Of a DNA stretch of 64,000 nucleotides, positions 53,084 through 63,791 are shown in pieces (positions within the stretch are counted from its first letter, which is position 1; each line of letters begins with the position of its first letter). A program made the translations under genes and the position numbers. A model generated the notes under the pieces. That model did not search any database. It was not told the origin of the DNA and saw nothing but the letters and a program-made list of their open reading frames with translations. This DNA comes from an uncultured Clostridium sp. (lineage in GTDB: Bacteria; Bacillota; Clostridia; TANB77; CAG-508): positions 169,714 to 233,713 of the forward strand of contig CANBHY010000002.1 of NCBI GenBank assembly GCA_947368535.1. Reading direction: 5' to 3'.

Positions 53084-55058
53084 ATTAGCAGTAAGAAATG
53101 CTAAAAGAAGTATCAAAGATTATGTAATATATTTAATTACAGTAACACTTTCTTTTTCACTGATATTTGCTTTTAATTTAATAAGCAATTCAAAACAAGT
53201 ATTAGAACTTAACTCTATAATGGAAAATTTTAAATATGCAATGTATTTTGCAAGTGCATTTATAATCTTAATTGTTTGCTTTTTAATTAATTACACAACA
53301 AAATTTATGTTTCAAAAGAGAAGCAAAGAATTTGGTACTTACGAGTTATTAGGGATTACGAAAAAAGACATTACAAAAATATTCACTTTAGAAAATATCA
53401 TATTAGGATTTTTTGCTTTACTAATATCTATTCCAATAGGATATATTTTTAGCATATTAATGTCTAGCATAATTATGAATATTTTTGAATTGCCTGAGCT
53501 TGTCAAAATAGACTTTGGAAAAACACCAATATTATTATCAGTTTTATATTTTATAATTATTTATATTTTTGTATTATTTCTTGCGAAAAAAAGAATAAAG
53601 AAAATGAAAATACATGATTTACTTTATTTTGATAAGAAAAATGAAGAAAAAGTTCATAAGAAAAAAGCACATAGAAATGTTATATTTATCATATCACTAT
53701 TTATGGGAATAGTAGCTTTAGTTCTTTTTAGAAAACAATTTGTTTCAGTTGGAAAAGAACCGTCAATTGCTATTATATTTTTAAGTACAATATTAATAAT
53801 AATTAGCATTTATGGTGTTACAATTACACTATCGGATTTCATTTTAAATTTTATTTTAAAAAGAAAAAGCTTAAAATATAAAGGAGATAATCTATTTATT
53901 GCAAGAACATTTTCTTCTAAAGTAAAAAGTATGAGCTTTACTTTAGGTACTATAACAGTTTTAATTACACTAACACTAGTTGTTTTAAATATATCTAGTT
54001 TATTTAAAGGAATGTTTGAATATCAAATTGATTTAGCTTGTCCATATGATATTGCAATGGAAATAGATGAAGGAACAGCTGATAAATTTATAGACTTTAT
54101 CAAAGAAGAATACACTATAGAAGAAAAAATAATTTATAATGGATATGAAGATAAAAATAATAGTATTAAAAATACTTTAGACTATGGTTGGAGAGATAAT
54201 GATAGAGTAATTAAATTAAGTGATTTTAATAAGCTTCTAGAAATGAAAGGTAGTAAGCCAATTTCTTTAAAAGATGATGAATATTATTTAAATGTTACAA
54301 AAGAATATAAAGAAGATATTTTTAAATCTAGTTCTAAATTAAAAGAAATAACTTTATCTAATGGAATAACCCTAAAGCAAAAGGAATTTTCAAGTGAAGG
54401 ATATACTTTTTCATGGGGAGCAGGTTATGGATATATTACTGTTGTACCAGATATAGCAGTAAAAGATTTAGATATTATAGAAACACATTTAATTGTAAAT
54501 ACAAAAGAAAAAACAACAGAAGAATTTGCAAGAAAATTAAAAAAATTTTATATTATTGAATTTGATGACGAGTTCGATAGTGAAAATAAAAATGAAGATG
54601 GATATGACATTACTTATAGTATTATTAATCTTGAAGTAAGAGGAGAAAATGAAGCAATGAATAAAGGCTTTATGACAATAACTGCTTTTGTATGCTTTTA
54701 TTTAGCATTAATTTTCACAGCTGTAGTTGGAACAATTTTAGCAATTCAATCTCTTAGTGACTCAACACAATACAAATATCGTTATAATGTTCTAAACAAA
54801 CTAGGAGTGAGAGAAAGCGAACTTAATAAAATAATATTTAAACAGTTAATAGTATTCTTTATATTTCCTCTTATCTATCCAGTAGTAGTTAGCTTTTGCA
54901 CAATATCTTCCATGAATAAGATTTTTCAAATAGCTTTAATAAATGAATTTATTTATTTAGGATATTTCTTTATTAATTTAGCTATATTCCTATTAATTTA
55001 TATAATATACTTTTTAGCAACATACTTTGGATTTAAAAGAAATATTGAAAAAGGTTAG
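53073..55058 (+). CDS. bceB: BceB-like FtsX-family permease with large extracellular domain
   Basis: 661 aa, about 10 TM, KRSKEFGTYELLG, YNVLNKLG. Confidence 0.8.
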   Translation: MLSKLAVRNAKRSIKDYVIYLITVTLSFSLIFAFNLISNSKQVLELNSIMENFKYAMYFASAFIILIVCFLINYTTKFMFQKRSKEFGTYELLGITKKDITKIFTLENIILGFFALLISIPIGYIFSILMSSIIMNIFELPELVKIDFGKTPILLSVLYFIIIYIFVLFLAKKRIKKMKIHDLLYFDKKNEEKVHKKKAHRNVIFIISLFMGIVALVLFRKQFVSVGKEPSIAIIFLSTILIIISIYGVTITLSDFILNFILKRKSLKYKGDNLFIARTFSSKVKSMSFTLGTITVLITLTLVVLNISSLFKGMFEYQIDLACPYDIAMEIDEGTADKFIDFIKEEYTIEEKIIYNGYEDKNNSIKNTLDYGWRDNDRVIKLSDFNKLLEMKGSKPISLKDDEYYLNVTKEYKEDIFKSSSKLKEITLSNGITLKQKEFSSEGYTFSWGAGYGYITVVPDIAVKDLDIIETHLIVNTKEKTTEEFARKLKKFYIIEFDDEFDSENKNEDGYDITYSIINLEVRGENEAMNKGFMTITAFVCFYLALIFTAVVGTILAIQSLSDSTQYKYRYNVLNKLGVRESELNKIIFKQLIVFFIFPLIYPVVVSFCTISSMNKIFQIALINEFIYLGYFFINLAIFLLIYIIYFLATYFGFKRNIEKG

Positions 55059-55113
55059 ATTTATATATCTAACCTTTTTGTAGTATAATAGATACAAGTT
55101 TGAGGTGAAAGAA

Positions 55114-55773
55114 ATGAATATTGTAATAGTAGAAGATGATAAAATTTTACGAGAAAAATTATCATTATTTCTAGAAAATAATGGATATAACACAATAAGT
55201 ATTATCGATTTTAAAAATGCATATGAAGAAATATTAAATATAAATGCTGATCTTATATTATTAGACATTAATTTACCATATAGTGATGGCTTTGAAATAT
55301 GTAAAAAAGTAAAAGAGAAGTTTCAAGTACCAATTATCTTTGTTACAAGTAGAGATACAACACAAGATGAAATAAAAAGTATTCAAGTTGGTGGATTTGA
55401 TTTTATTACAAAGCCATATGATAAAACAATGCTACTTGAAAAAATAAAAAGAGCATTAAAAATAAATAATCCATTGAACTACAGGGATTTAACTAAGAAC
55501 GGATATACATTGGATTTACATTTATCATTATTAAAACATCAAGATAAAGAGATAGAACTTACTCGTAATGAATTTCGAATTTTATATTACTTTTTTATAA
55601 ATTCAGATAGAGTTATAACTAAAGAAGAATTATTAGATAAACTATGGAATGATAAGTATTATTTAGATGACAATATATTAGCAGTTAATATTAATCGTTT
55701 AAGAAAAAAAGCAAAAGAAATAGGAATAGATAATTTATTATCTAATGTAAAAGGAGAAGGATATAAACTATGA
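55114..55773 (+). CDS. bceR: OmpR-family response regulator (BceR/GraR-like)
   Basis: IVEDD, LLDINLP, FVTSR, ITKPY, LTRNE, NINRLRKK. Confidence 0.8.
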   Translation: MNIVIVEDDKILREKLSLFLENNGYNTISIIDFKNAYEEILNINADLILLDINLPYSDGFEICKKVKEKFQVPIIFVTSRDTTQDEIKSIQVGGFDFITKPYDKTMLLEKIKRALKINNPLNYRDLTKNGYTLDLHLSLLKHQDKEIELTRNEFRILYYFFINSDRVITKEELLDKLWNDKYYLDDNILAVNINRLRKKAKEIGIDNLLSNVKGEGYKL

Positions 55774-56771
55774 ATTTTATAAATTATATCGAAAACAAAA
55801 TATTTTATATATTGTTTCAACTTCTAACGATTATCACATTATCCGTTATGTTAAATATAGCAAATGTTAATAAATATTATGTAATATACATTGCTGTATT
55901 ACTAATGTGTTTACTTATAATTTATTTAATAATAGACTATTTTATTATTAAAAAAGAAAACAAAAAAATTATTACCATAGTTGATGATTTAAATGAAAAA
56001 TACTACATATCTGAAATATTACCTAAATCTAATAAGTTAGAAAACAAAGCATATAGATATGCCTTAAAAAGTGCATGTAAAGCTATGAATGATAAACTAG
56101 GAAAACTAGAACAAGAAAAATTGGAATATCAAGAATATATAGAAAGCTTTGTTCATGAAATAAAAACACCAATTTCAGCATTATCACTTTCATTAGATAA
56201 TGAAAATGAATTAGAGTTAAAAAATGAAGTGAATAAAATAGATTTATTGGTAGAACAAATATTATATTTTGCAAGAAGCAATAACACGGAAAAAGATTAT
56301 TTTATAAGAAAACTATGCTTATCAGAGTTAGTTCACCAAGTAATTTTGAAATATAAATACTATTTATTAAACAATAAAATAATACTAGATATTCATGATT
56401 TAGAAGAAGATATATACACAGACGAAAAATGGCTTATTTTTGTAATATCACAAATCATTCAAAATAGTATAAAATATTTAGATAAAGCCAAAAAGAAAAT
56501 AGAGATATTTAGTCAAAAAGGTAAAGACAATGTCATATTAACAATTAAAGACAATGGCTGTGGAATAAAAGAATCAGATTTAATTAGAGTTTTTGAAAAA
56601 GGATTTACTGGAAGTGATAGAACAAAATCAAAGTCTACAGGTATGGGATTATATTTATCAAAGAAAATTTGTAACAATCTAGGATTAGATATAGACATTA
56701 CATCTAAGCATCAAGAAGAAACAACAGTAAAAATAATAATACCAAAAAGCAATTTTAATCATTTGCATTAA
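55770..56771 (+). CDS. bceS: Intramembrane-sensing histidine kinase (BceS/GraS-like)
   Basis: Two adjacent TMs, FVHEIKTP, DEKWL, QIIQNSIKY, DNGCGI, FEKGFTG, GMGLYL. Confidence 0.82.
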   Translation: MNFINYIENKIFYILFQLLTIITLSVMLNIANVNKYYVIYIAVLLMCLLIIYLIIDYFIIKKENKKIITIVDDLNEKYYISEILPKSNKLENKAYRYALKSACKAMNDKLGKLEQEKLEYQEYIESFVHEIKTPISALSLSLDNENELELKNEVNKIDLLVEQILYFARSNNTEKDYFIRKLCLSELVHQVILKYKYYLLNNKIILDIHDLEEDIYTDEKWLIFVISQIIQNSIKYLDKAKKKIEIFSQKGKDNVILTIKDNGCGIKESDLIRVFEKGFTGSDRTKSKSTGMGLYLSKKICNNLGLDIDITSKHQEETTVKIIIPKSNFNHLH

Positions 56772-56798
56772 AGAAATAAAAGACTAACAAAAGTTAGC

Positions 56799-56975
56799 CT
56801 AAAAATCAGATAAAGAATCTTCAATAACGTCAGAAACTTGCAAGACATCTTCGTTATCAGGCTCGATAAAGAAGAAAGGTAGTCCATTGGTGGCATCTTT
56901 ATATAAAGATACATGAACAGTTCCTACTTTTTCACCATGAATTTTTGTACGCCTAAACTTAATAACTTTTCCCAT
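56799..56975 (-). CDS. 58-aa hypothetical protein MGKVIKFRRTKIHGEKVGTVHVSLYKDATNGLPFFFIEPDNEDVLQVSDVIEDSLSDF
   Basis: AGGAGGT RBS, open frame to TAG; absent from ORF track (<60 aa). Confidence 0.6.
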   Translation of the reverse strand: MGKVIKFRRTKIHGEKVGTVHVSLYKDATNGLPFFFIEPDNEDVLQVSDVIEDSLSDF

Positions 56976-57167
56976 TTCTACCTCCTTTAATTTGTGATAA
57001 TTATACTAACATATCAAAAATGAGAAAAACAATAATTTAAAGATGAGATACGTTAAAACAAGACAAACGGGATAGCACATTATAAAGAATATGTCAAAAA
57101 CATGCAGTTGAAAAAAAGCTCGAAATACTATATAATATACAAAAATTTAAAGTATAAAGGAGAAATT

Positions 57168-57920
57168 ATGGACGGAAAGTTACTTATACTTTGTGATGAA
57201 ATGCCAGGAACACATAGCGATGGGCATAAAGAATACAAAATAAGAGATAGCAGATTTTTAGTAGCGCCAATGAGGTATCCTGAAGATGACCCAGAAAGAA
57301 TTTTTATATCATGGGATTCAATTATACCAGAAGACAGAAGCTTTATAGAGCAATGCACGCATTATGCTAAATTTACAGAAAAACCACAAGACCCATTATT
57401 TAGTATCTCAAGAAAAGGAAGTACAGATCCAGCAGAAGGAACCCTAAAAGATAGTATACAAGAAGCAAGCTACTATGAAACCTTTGAAAGAAATTTAAGC
57501 TACCTATATGATTTAATGAAACGTGGAGAAGACTGGCAAGGAGAGGCTATCGAATTAGGAGTACAATATCCTTTAGATGCAAACGAGCGATTTTTTAGTG
57601 AGCTTACAAAATTAATTAATAGTAATGGAATTGTAGCAATATTACCATGTTTTTCTCAAGATAGGGAAGGAATGGATATTACTAGATATAGAAAAGAAAT
57701 GCTAGAAGTTTGGAAAAATAGAAATGAAATGAGAAGAAAAAGCGGATTCAGAAGACCAGATGAATATTCAAGTGTAAATGTTTTAGATTTTGAAACATAT
57801 TCAGACTTTGGAGAAATTTTATATGGTAGATCTTCAGAAGAAATTATGAAAATTTATAGTATGCCAACATTCGGAGAACCAAGCGGTAATAGAAGTCATA
57901 ATGAAGGACCAGAATTATAA
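57168..57920 (+). CDS. Orphan hypothetical protein
   Basis: ATG 57168 after AAAGGAG; 250 aa. Confidence 0.72.
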   Translation: MDGKLLILCDEMPGTHSDGHKEYKIRDSRFLVAPMRYPEDDPERIFISWDSIIPEDRSFIEQCTHYAKFTEKPQDPLFSISRKGSTDPAEGTLKDSIQEASYYETFERNLSYLYDLMKRGEDWQGEAIELGVQYPLDANERFFSELTKLINSNGIVAILPCFSQDREGMDITRYRKEMLEVWKNRNEMRRKSGFRRPDEYSSVNVLDFETYSDFGEILYGRSSEEIMKIYSMPTFGEPSGNRSHNEGPEL

Positions 57921-57987
57921 TATTATAAAAACAAAGTAAGTATTTACTTTGTTTTTTTATGTTATAATACCAATATGAGGTGAAAAT

Positions 57988-58608
57988 ATGAACGAAAATT
58001 TAGTTATGAAATATTTTGAACTATTATACCCAGATTTTGATAATATGGAGCCACATGAGCAGTATATAGCAGCAGGTGATGAAATATTTATTAGAGAGAA
58101 TTTAGACGAAATAGATAAATATTATCAAGAGTGTAAAAAATCAGGAACATACGCACAAGATTCAGGAAAAAGTGATAGTGAAATTATTAGACTAGCAGTA
58201 ATGGAAAATAAAGCTGAAGAATATTTTAAAATGCTACATCCAGAATTTGAAAGCTTAAACCCAGCAGAACAATTTGCAGTGCTAGATGATAAAATGTTTA
58301 TAATAGATAACATAGAAGTAATAGATACATATTACAGAGCCTGCCAAGCACCAGACACATATGCACAAGAACAAGGATTTACTGATAAAGAAATTCTTCA
58401 ACTTGCAGTTGAAGAAGAAAAAGCAAGAAAACAAGAAGAATTACAACAAAGTAATAATGGAGAAGCAAGAATAACTTTAACAGATATAGAAGAAGCAACA
58501 CAAGGAACTAGAATAGAAAGTTTTAAACAAGCGACAAAAGATATAAAAGAAGCATCAAAAGAAGAACCAGAAAAAAATACTAAAGATGGTGTTTCCATAG
58601 ATGATTAA
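57988..58608 (+). CDS. Hypothetical protein with an internal duplication (YF..L.P.F...P.EQ..A.D...FI.EN...ID.YY..C...TYAQ)
   Basis: 206 aa; two approximately 72-aa repeats visible in the translation. Confidence 0.75.
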   Translation: MNENLVMKYFELLYPDFDNMEPHEQYIAAGDEIFIRENLDEIDKYYQECKKSGTYAQDSGKSDSEIIRLAVMENKAEEYFKMLHPEFESLNPAEQFAVLDDKMFIIDNIEVIDTYYRACQAPDTYAQEQGFTDKEILQLAVEEEKARKQEELQQSNNGEARITLTDIEEATQGTRIESFKQATKDIKEASKEEPEKNTKDGVSIDD

Positions 58609-58622
58609 TAGGAGGAATGCAA

Positions 58623-58901
58623 ATGAAACAATCAACTAGTGAAGCATATGCAGAGATAGATACGATTTTAAACTTTATGGATTATGAATATATAAAAGAA
58701 ATACCAGAAAAGTTAAGAAATCTATTTAAAGATAAAAAATCAAATAATTATGAAGTAAATATTAATCCAAATAAGCCACTAAAAGAACAAAATCTAAAAG
58801 AAGAATCATTATCTATACTTGCTGTTTTAAATTATAATTATTGGTGTAAAGATGAGTCTAAAAAAGAGAATTTAATAAAAAAATATTTGAAAAAATCTTA
58901 A
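58623..58901 (+). CDS. Hypothetical protein
   Basis: AGGAGG RBS, 92 aa, hairpin 58917-58950 downstream. Confidence 0.7.
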   Translation: MKQSTSEAYAEIDTILNFMDYEYIKEIPEKLRNLFKDKKSNNYEVNINPNKPLKEQNLKEESLSILAVLNYNYWCKDESKKENLIKKYLKKS

Positions 58902-58993
58902 AAATATTTAGAAAATAAAAAGAGGGAGCAGAAATTTTCTGCTCCCTTAAAAAGTACAAAAAATAACTAATGCTAAAACAATAAAACAAAAAA

Positions 58994-59353
58994 TTAAACT
59001 ATTTTAGATCCAAAAGGCATTAAAGACAATTTAGCAATCTTAAAAAACTGAAGACCAAATGGAATACCAACTATAGTAATACACCAAATACAGCCCCATA
59101 ACAAGTTATGTAAAGCCATTGGAATACCAAAAAAGATAATCCAGATGATATTAGCAACCAAAGATACTACACCTCCACCATATTCTACATCTTTTCCAAA
59201 AGGCCAAAAGGCTAAAGAAGCAAACTTAAAACACTGCACTCCATAAGGTATTCCTATAATAGTAATGCACCAAAGGATACCAGAAATGCACCAACCCAGT
59301 CCGCTAAACAAACCTCCAAAAATAAACCAAAGAATATTTCCTAAAATACTCAT
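58994..59353 (-). CDS. yccF: YccF-domain inner-membrane protein
   Basis: Twice-repeated GNILW...CITIIGIP.G.Q.FK.A.L...PFG. Confidence 0.9.
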   Translation of the reverse strand: MSILGNILWFIFGGLFSGLGWCISGILWCITIIGIPYGVQCFKFASLAFWPFGKDVEYGGGVVSLVANIIWIIFFGIPMALHNLLWGCIWCITIVGIPFGLQFFKIAKLSLMPFGSKIV

Positions 59354-59565
59354 ATAAATTCTCCTTTCAATTAATAGCATTAATTATTTAATGTACATTT
59401 TCATATATTTTTTTATATTATAACTTAAATTTTTTATAATTCCTATTGATTCATGTGACAAAATTCTTACAAATTCGTAATCTAAGAAAATTTACAAAAA
59501 CTATTGCTTTAAATTAAAGTCTAATATATATAATAGTTAAGAAAAATAAAATAGGAGAAAATTAT

Positions 59566-60258
59566 ATGAATAGATCTATAACAACACTATTTATGTTAGA
59601 ATCATTAGATGGAAAAATTAGCAGTGGAGATAGTGATAACTTAGATGCAGATAAAGATTGGTGCAGAATTAACGGTGTAAAAGAAGGACTGCAACAATAT
59701 TATGATATAGAGCAAACTACAGATTTATTTTCTATAAATACGGGAAGAGTTATGGCTAAAATAGGACTAAATGAAAAAAAAGAAGAGCCTAAAAAAACAC
59801 CATGTAGTTTTATTATTATAGACAACAAACCTCACTTAAATGAAAATGGAATAGACTATTTATGTAAATGGTGCAAAAACTTATATCTAGTAACTACAAA
59901 CAAAGATCATATAGTACATAAAATAAAAGATAATTATGAGAACTTAAAAATCCTAGAATATGATAAATTAGATTTAAGCTTATTACTACAAGATTTATTT
60001 GAAAAGTATAATATTAACTCATTAATTATTCAATCTGGCGGAAATCTTAATGGATTATTTTTACGAGAAAATTTAATTGATTATGTGAATATTATAATTG
60101 CTCCTTTATTAGTTGGAGGAAAAAACACATCAACATTGATAGATGGAGAATCTATTAAATATGTCGAAGAATTAGATAAATTAAAAGCTTTAGAATTATT
60201 AGAATGTAATAAACTAAATAATTCTTATATACAGCTTAAATACAAAGTTGTCAAATAA
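59566..60258 (+). CDS. RibD C-terminal / DHFR-like reductase family
   Basis: ESLDGKIS, QSGGNLN, APLLVGG. Confidence 0.8.
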   Translation: MNRSITTLFMLESLDGKISSGDSDNLDADKDWCRINGVKEGLQQYYDIEQTTDLFSINTGRVMAKIGLNEKKEEPKKTPCSFIIIDNKPHLNENGIDYLCKWCKNLYLVTTNKDHIVHKIKDNYENLKILEYDKLDLSLLLQDLFEKYNINSLIIQSGGNLNGLFLRENLIDYVNIIIAPLLVGGKNTSTLIDGESIKYVEELDKLKALELLECNKLNNSYIQLKYKVVK

Positions 60259-60288
60259 ATGTGAGAAAATATAATAGAGGTAGATATT

Positions 60289-61008
60289 ATGAATAAATAT
60301 ATCAAAGAAGTAATATTTGAAAATAAACAAGAACTATATGAAGATTTGACTAAGCTATCAGAGAGCATTAAAAAAATCACATTAAAGAAAAAGCCATTTT
60401 TAATTGAATTTACAGGAACAGCAAGAAGTGGGAAAACAACAGCAATAGATTTAATTCAAGATGTTTTTTTAAAAAATGGATTAAAAGTTTTAGTTGTAGA
60501 CGAAGAATATGTAAAAGTAACTAAAGAAATTAATCATAATAGAAATAAAAAAATGCAAATAGATAGCTTGCAATATACAAATAAAGTAATTGAAGAAAAG
60601 CTTATTATTTATGAAGCTACATCAACTCAAGACTATGATATTATTATATACGATAGAGGCGTAAACGATGAGTTTGTTTGGCTAGATGTATTTGATGCAA
60701 ATGAAAATCAGATAAAAGAATATGATAAAAAATTAGAAAAAAAACACATAGATTTACTAATTATAATGACTTGTTCTAGTGATACAAGTCTAAAAAGAAA
60801 ATATTTAAATTCTTTATCTATAATGCCGACAAAATGGACAAATAAAGAAACTATGGAAAAATTTTTAAAAGGTTTAGAGAAATCACAACTATATTTCAAT
60901 AATCATTGCAAAAATATGTATAAGATTGATACAGATGAAGTAGATAAAGTTACAATTGCATTAAATATTTCAAATAAAATAATTGAATTAATAGAAAAAG
61001 CAGAGTAA
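60289..61008 (+). CDS. P-loop nucleotide kinase-like protein (thymidylate-kinase fold)
   Basis: IEFTGTARSGKTT, IIIYDRG. Confidence 0.65.
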   Translation: MNKYIKEVIFENKQELYEDLTKLSESIKKITLKKKPFLIEFTGTARSGKTTAIDLIQDVFLKNGLKVLVVDEEYVKVTKEINHNRNKKMQIDSLQYTNKVIEEKLIIYEATSTQDYDIIIYDRGVNDEFVWLDVFDANENQIKEYDKKLEKKHIDLLIIMTCSSDTSLKRKYLNSLSIMPTKWTNKETMEKFLKGLEKSQLYFNNHCKNMYKIDTDEVDKVTIALNISNKIIELIEKAE

Positions 61009-61062
61009 AATCTGCTTTTTTTATTTAAAACTATTTACAAAGTAGAAAAAAGTATTATAATA

Positions 61063-61076
61063 ATAACATATGTTAT
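61063..61076. promoter_or_regulatory. Probable TetR operator
   Basis: Perfect palindrome ATAACAT-ATGTTAT immediately after TATAAT (61056) upstream of the TetR gene. Confidence 0.6.
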
Positions 61077-61107
61077 ATAATGAACGTTATCAAAGAGAGG
61101 TGAAAAC

Positions 61108-61668
61108 ATGCCGCCATTAAAAAAAGTACAAAAAGAAGATATACTTAAAGCTACATTAGAAATATTAAAAAAAGAAGATATAGAAAGTTTAAATGCTAGG
61201 AGAATTGCCAAAGAATTAAATTGTTCAGTTCAGCCAATCTACCACAACTTTGAAAATATGGAAGAACTAAAAAAGGCTGCATTCCTAGAAATGCATGGCA
61301 TATATCAAAGATATATGAAAAAAGCATCTGAAAAAGAAAAGGCTTACAAAGAAATGGGGTTAGCATATATAAAATTTGCAAAAGACTACCCAAAATATTT
61401 TAAAGCCATTTTTATGAACAAAACAAACTTTACACCAGAAAGCTTAATCGACAATGATAATACTGGAAATAGTATAATAAAAAAAGGAATGGAATTAACA
61501 GGCTTTTCATATGAAGAGCAAAAGAAATTTCATGTAAAAGTATGGATATTTACACATGGAATAGCGACTTTATTAGCTACAAATACAGTCAAGATGTCAG
61601 ATAAAGAAATTGATGAATTGTTAGAAACTACTGTTAGAGCAATGCTAGTAGGAACAAAGAAAGGATAG
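61108..61668 (+). CDS. TetR/AcrR-family regulator (WHG-type C-terminus)
   Basis: N-terminal HTH ARRIAKELNCSVQPIY, WIFTHGIA. Confidence 0.88.
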   Translation: MPPLKKVQKEDILKATLEILKKEDIESLNARRIAKELNCSVQPIYHNFENMEELKKAAFLEMHGIYQRYMKKASEKEKAYKEMGLAYIKFAKDYPKYFKAIFMNKTNFTPESLIDNDNTGNSIIKKGMELTGFSYEEQKKFHVKVWIFTHGIATLLATNTVKMSDKEIDELLETTVRAMLVGTKKG

Positions 61669-61671
61669 ACT

Positions 61672-62610
61672 ATGGAAAACGTTATAGAAGTTAAAAATTT
61701 AACTAAAGAATATAAAAACTTAAAAGCAATAGATGACTTGTCTTTTGAAGTAAAAGACGGAGAAATTTTAGGCTTATTAGGACCAAATGGAAGCGGAAAA
61801 TCAACAACAATTAACTGCATATTGTCTTTATTAAAATTTAAAAAAGGAAGTATAAAAATTTTTGGAAAAGAAATGACACCAGATGCATATGATGTAAAAG
61901 CTAAAATAGGAGTGATTTTTCAAGAAGTAGCAATATTTGAAGAGCTTACAGTATATGAAAATATAGATTATTTTTGCGGTCTATATATTAAAGATAAAAA
62001 AACAAGAAAACAATATATAGAAGAAGCAATAGAATTAGTTGGAATAGGAGAATTTAAAAAATTCTATCCAAAACAATTATCAGGAGGTCTTTTAAGAAGA
62101 TTAAATATTGCTTGTGGAATAGCACATAAACCTAAATTAATATTCTTAGATGAACCTACAGTAGCAGTTGATCCACAAAGTAGAAATAATATATTAGATG
62201 GAATAAAAAAGTTAAGAGATAATGGTGCAACAATAGTATATACAACGCATTACATGGAAGAAGCAGAAATTTTATGTAATAGAATTATAATTTTAGACAA
62301 AGGTAAAATTATAGCAAGTGGATCATCAGACGAATTAAAGAAAAAAGCTAATATAGAAGAAAAAATAACAGTAGAAATTCAAGAAATAGATAATTCAAAA
62401 ATAGAAGAAATAAAGAAATTTGAAAATGTAGAAAATGTAAATTTCAATATGAATACATTAGTAGTTACTTATAAAAAAGGCAAAAATAATTTAGGAGAAT
62501 TAATAGATTATTTAAAAGATAATAAAGTAACTTATAGTAAAATTTTCTCTGAAAGACCAACATTAAATGACGTATTTTTAGAGTTAACAGGAAAGGAATT
62601 AAGAGATTAA
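61672..62610 (+). CDS. ABC-2 exporter ATPase
   Basis: GPNGSGKST, LSGGLLRR, LDEPT, TTHYMEE, PTLNDVFL. Confidence 0.9.
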   Translation: MENVIEVKNLTKEYKNLKAIDDLSFEVKDGEILGLLGPNGSGKSTTINCILSLLKFKKGSIKIFGKEMTPDAYDVKAKIGVIFQEVAIFEELTVYENIDYFCGLYIKDKKTRKQYIEEAIELVGIGEFKKFYPKQLSGGLLRRLNIACGIAHKPKLIFLDEPTVAVDPQSRNNILDGIKKLRDNGATIVYTTHYMEEAEILCNRIIILDKGKIIASGSSDELKKKANIEEKITVEIQEIDNSKIEEIKKFENVENVNFNMNTLVVTYKKGKNNLGELIDYLKDNKVTYSKIFSERPTLNDVFLELTGKELRD

Positions 62611-63791
62611 TGTTTAGACATAATTTTAAATATTCACTAAAAGTATTATTTAAGAATAAAGCATTAATATTTTGGACTTTTGCCTTTCCAATAATATTAG
62701 GAATATTCTTTAATATGGCTTTTTCAAATATAGAAAATAGCGAAAAATTAAAAGTTATTGATATAGCAATAATTGATAATCAAGAATTTAATGAAAATGA
62801 AATTTTTAAACAAGTATTTCAAAATTTAAGCGACGAGAAAAATGAAAATAGAATGTTTAATACTAAATATGTCAGCTTAGAAAAAGCAAAAGAAATGCTA
62901 AAAAACGAAGATATAACAGGATATATTTTATTCGAAAATAAAGAAGCAAAGATAACAGTAGGCTCAAGTGGTGTAAATGAAACTATACTAAGATATGTAG
63001 TAGATGAGATACAAAGTAATTCTGAAATTGTACAAAATTTAGCAAATAAAGAAATAGAAAAAAATATAAGCAAAAACAATTTTAATATAGACTATGAAAA
63101 AATTTATGCAGATTTATCAGAATTAATAGAAAATCAGGATACAAAATTAAACAATATTTCAAATAAAAATCTAAGTTATACGATGATTGAATACTATACA
63201 CTTATAGCTATGACGTGCTTATATGGAGGAACCATATCAATGTATATCACTAACTATAAGTTAGCTAATATGAATAGTGTAGGAAAAAGAACATCAATAT
63301 CACCAATACAAAAAGGGAAAATGCTATTAGGAAGCCTACTTGCAAGTTATGTTATACAATTATTAGGTATAGCAATATTATTTATCTTTACAGTATTTGT
63401 ACTAAAAGTAGATTTTGGAAGTAATTTACCACTTATAATATTATTGGCATGCATGGGATCATTTGCAGGACTAACATTAGGTGTAGCAGTTGCAACACTA
63501 ATTAAAACAAACGAGAATACGAAAATAGGAATTTTAATAGCAGTAACCATGCTAGGGTGTTTCTTATCAGGAATGATGGGAATAACAATGAAATATGTTG
63601 TAGATACGAATGCGCCTATTATTAATAAAGTAAATCCAGTTAGCATGATAACTGATGGATTTTATTCACTTTATTATTATGATACATTAGAAAGATATTT
63701 TTTCAACATAGTTAGCTTACTAATCTTCTCTATAGTAGCAATAGCTATATCTTATAGAGGATTAAGGAGGCAAAAATATGACAGTATTTAA
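62610..63791 (+). CDS. ABC-2 exporter permease
   Basis: N-terminal TM, extracellular loop, five C-terminal TMs. Confidence 0.85.
   Translation: MFRHNFKYSLKVLFKNKALIFWTFAFPIILGIFFNMAFSNIENSEKLKVIDIAIIDNQEFNENEIFKQVFQNLSDEKNENRMFNTKYVSLEKAKEMLKNEDITGYILFENKEAKITVGSSGVNETILRYVVDEIQSNSEIVQNLANKEIEKNISKNNFNIDYEKIYADLSELIENQDTKLNNISNKNLSYTMIEYYTLIAMTCLYGGTISMYITNYKLANMNSVGKRTSISPIQKGKMLLGSLLASYVIQLLGIAILFIFTVFVLKVDFGSNLPLIILLACMGSFAGLTLGVAVATLIKTNENTKIGILIAVTMLGCFLSGMMGITMKYVVDTNAPIINKVNPVSMITDGFYSLYYYDTLERYFFNIVSLLIFSIVAIAISYRGLRRQKYDSI

Noticed and set aside
58860-58920. Possible truncation of gene 58623..58901
   Set aside because: No CGG, and no convincing continuation before the terminator
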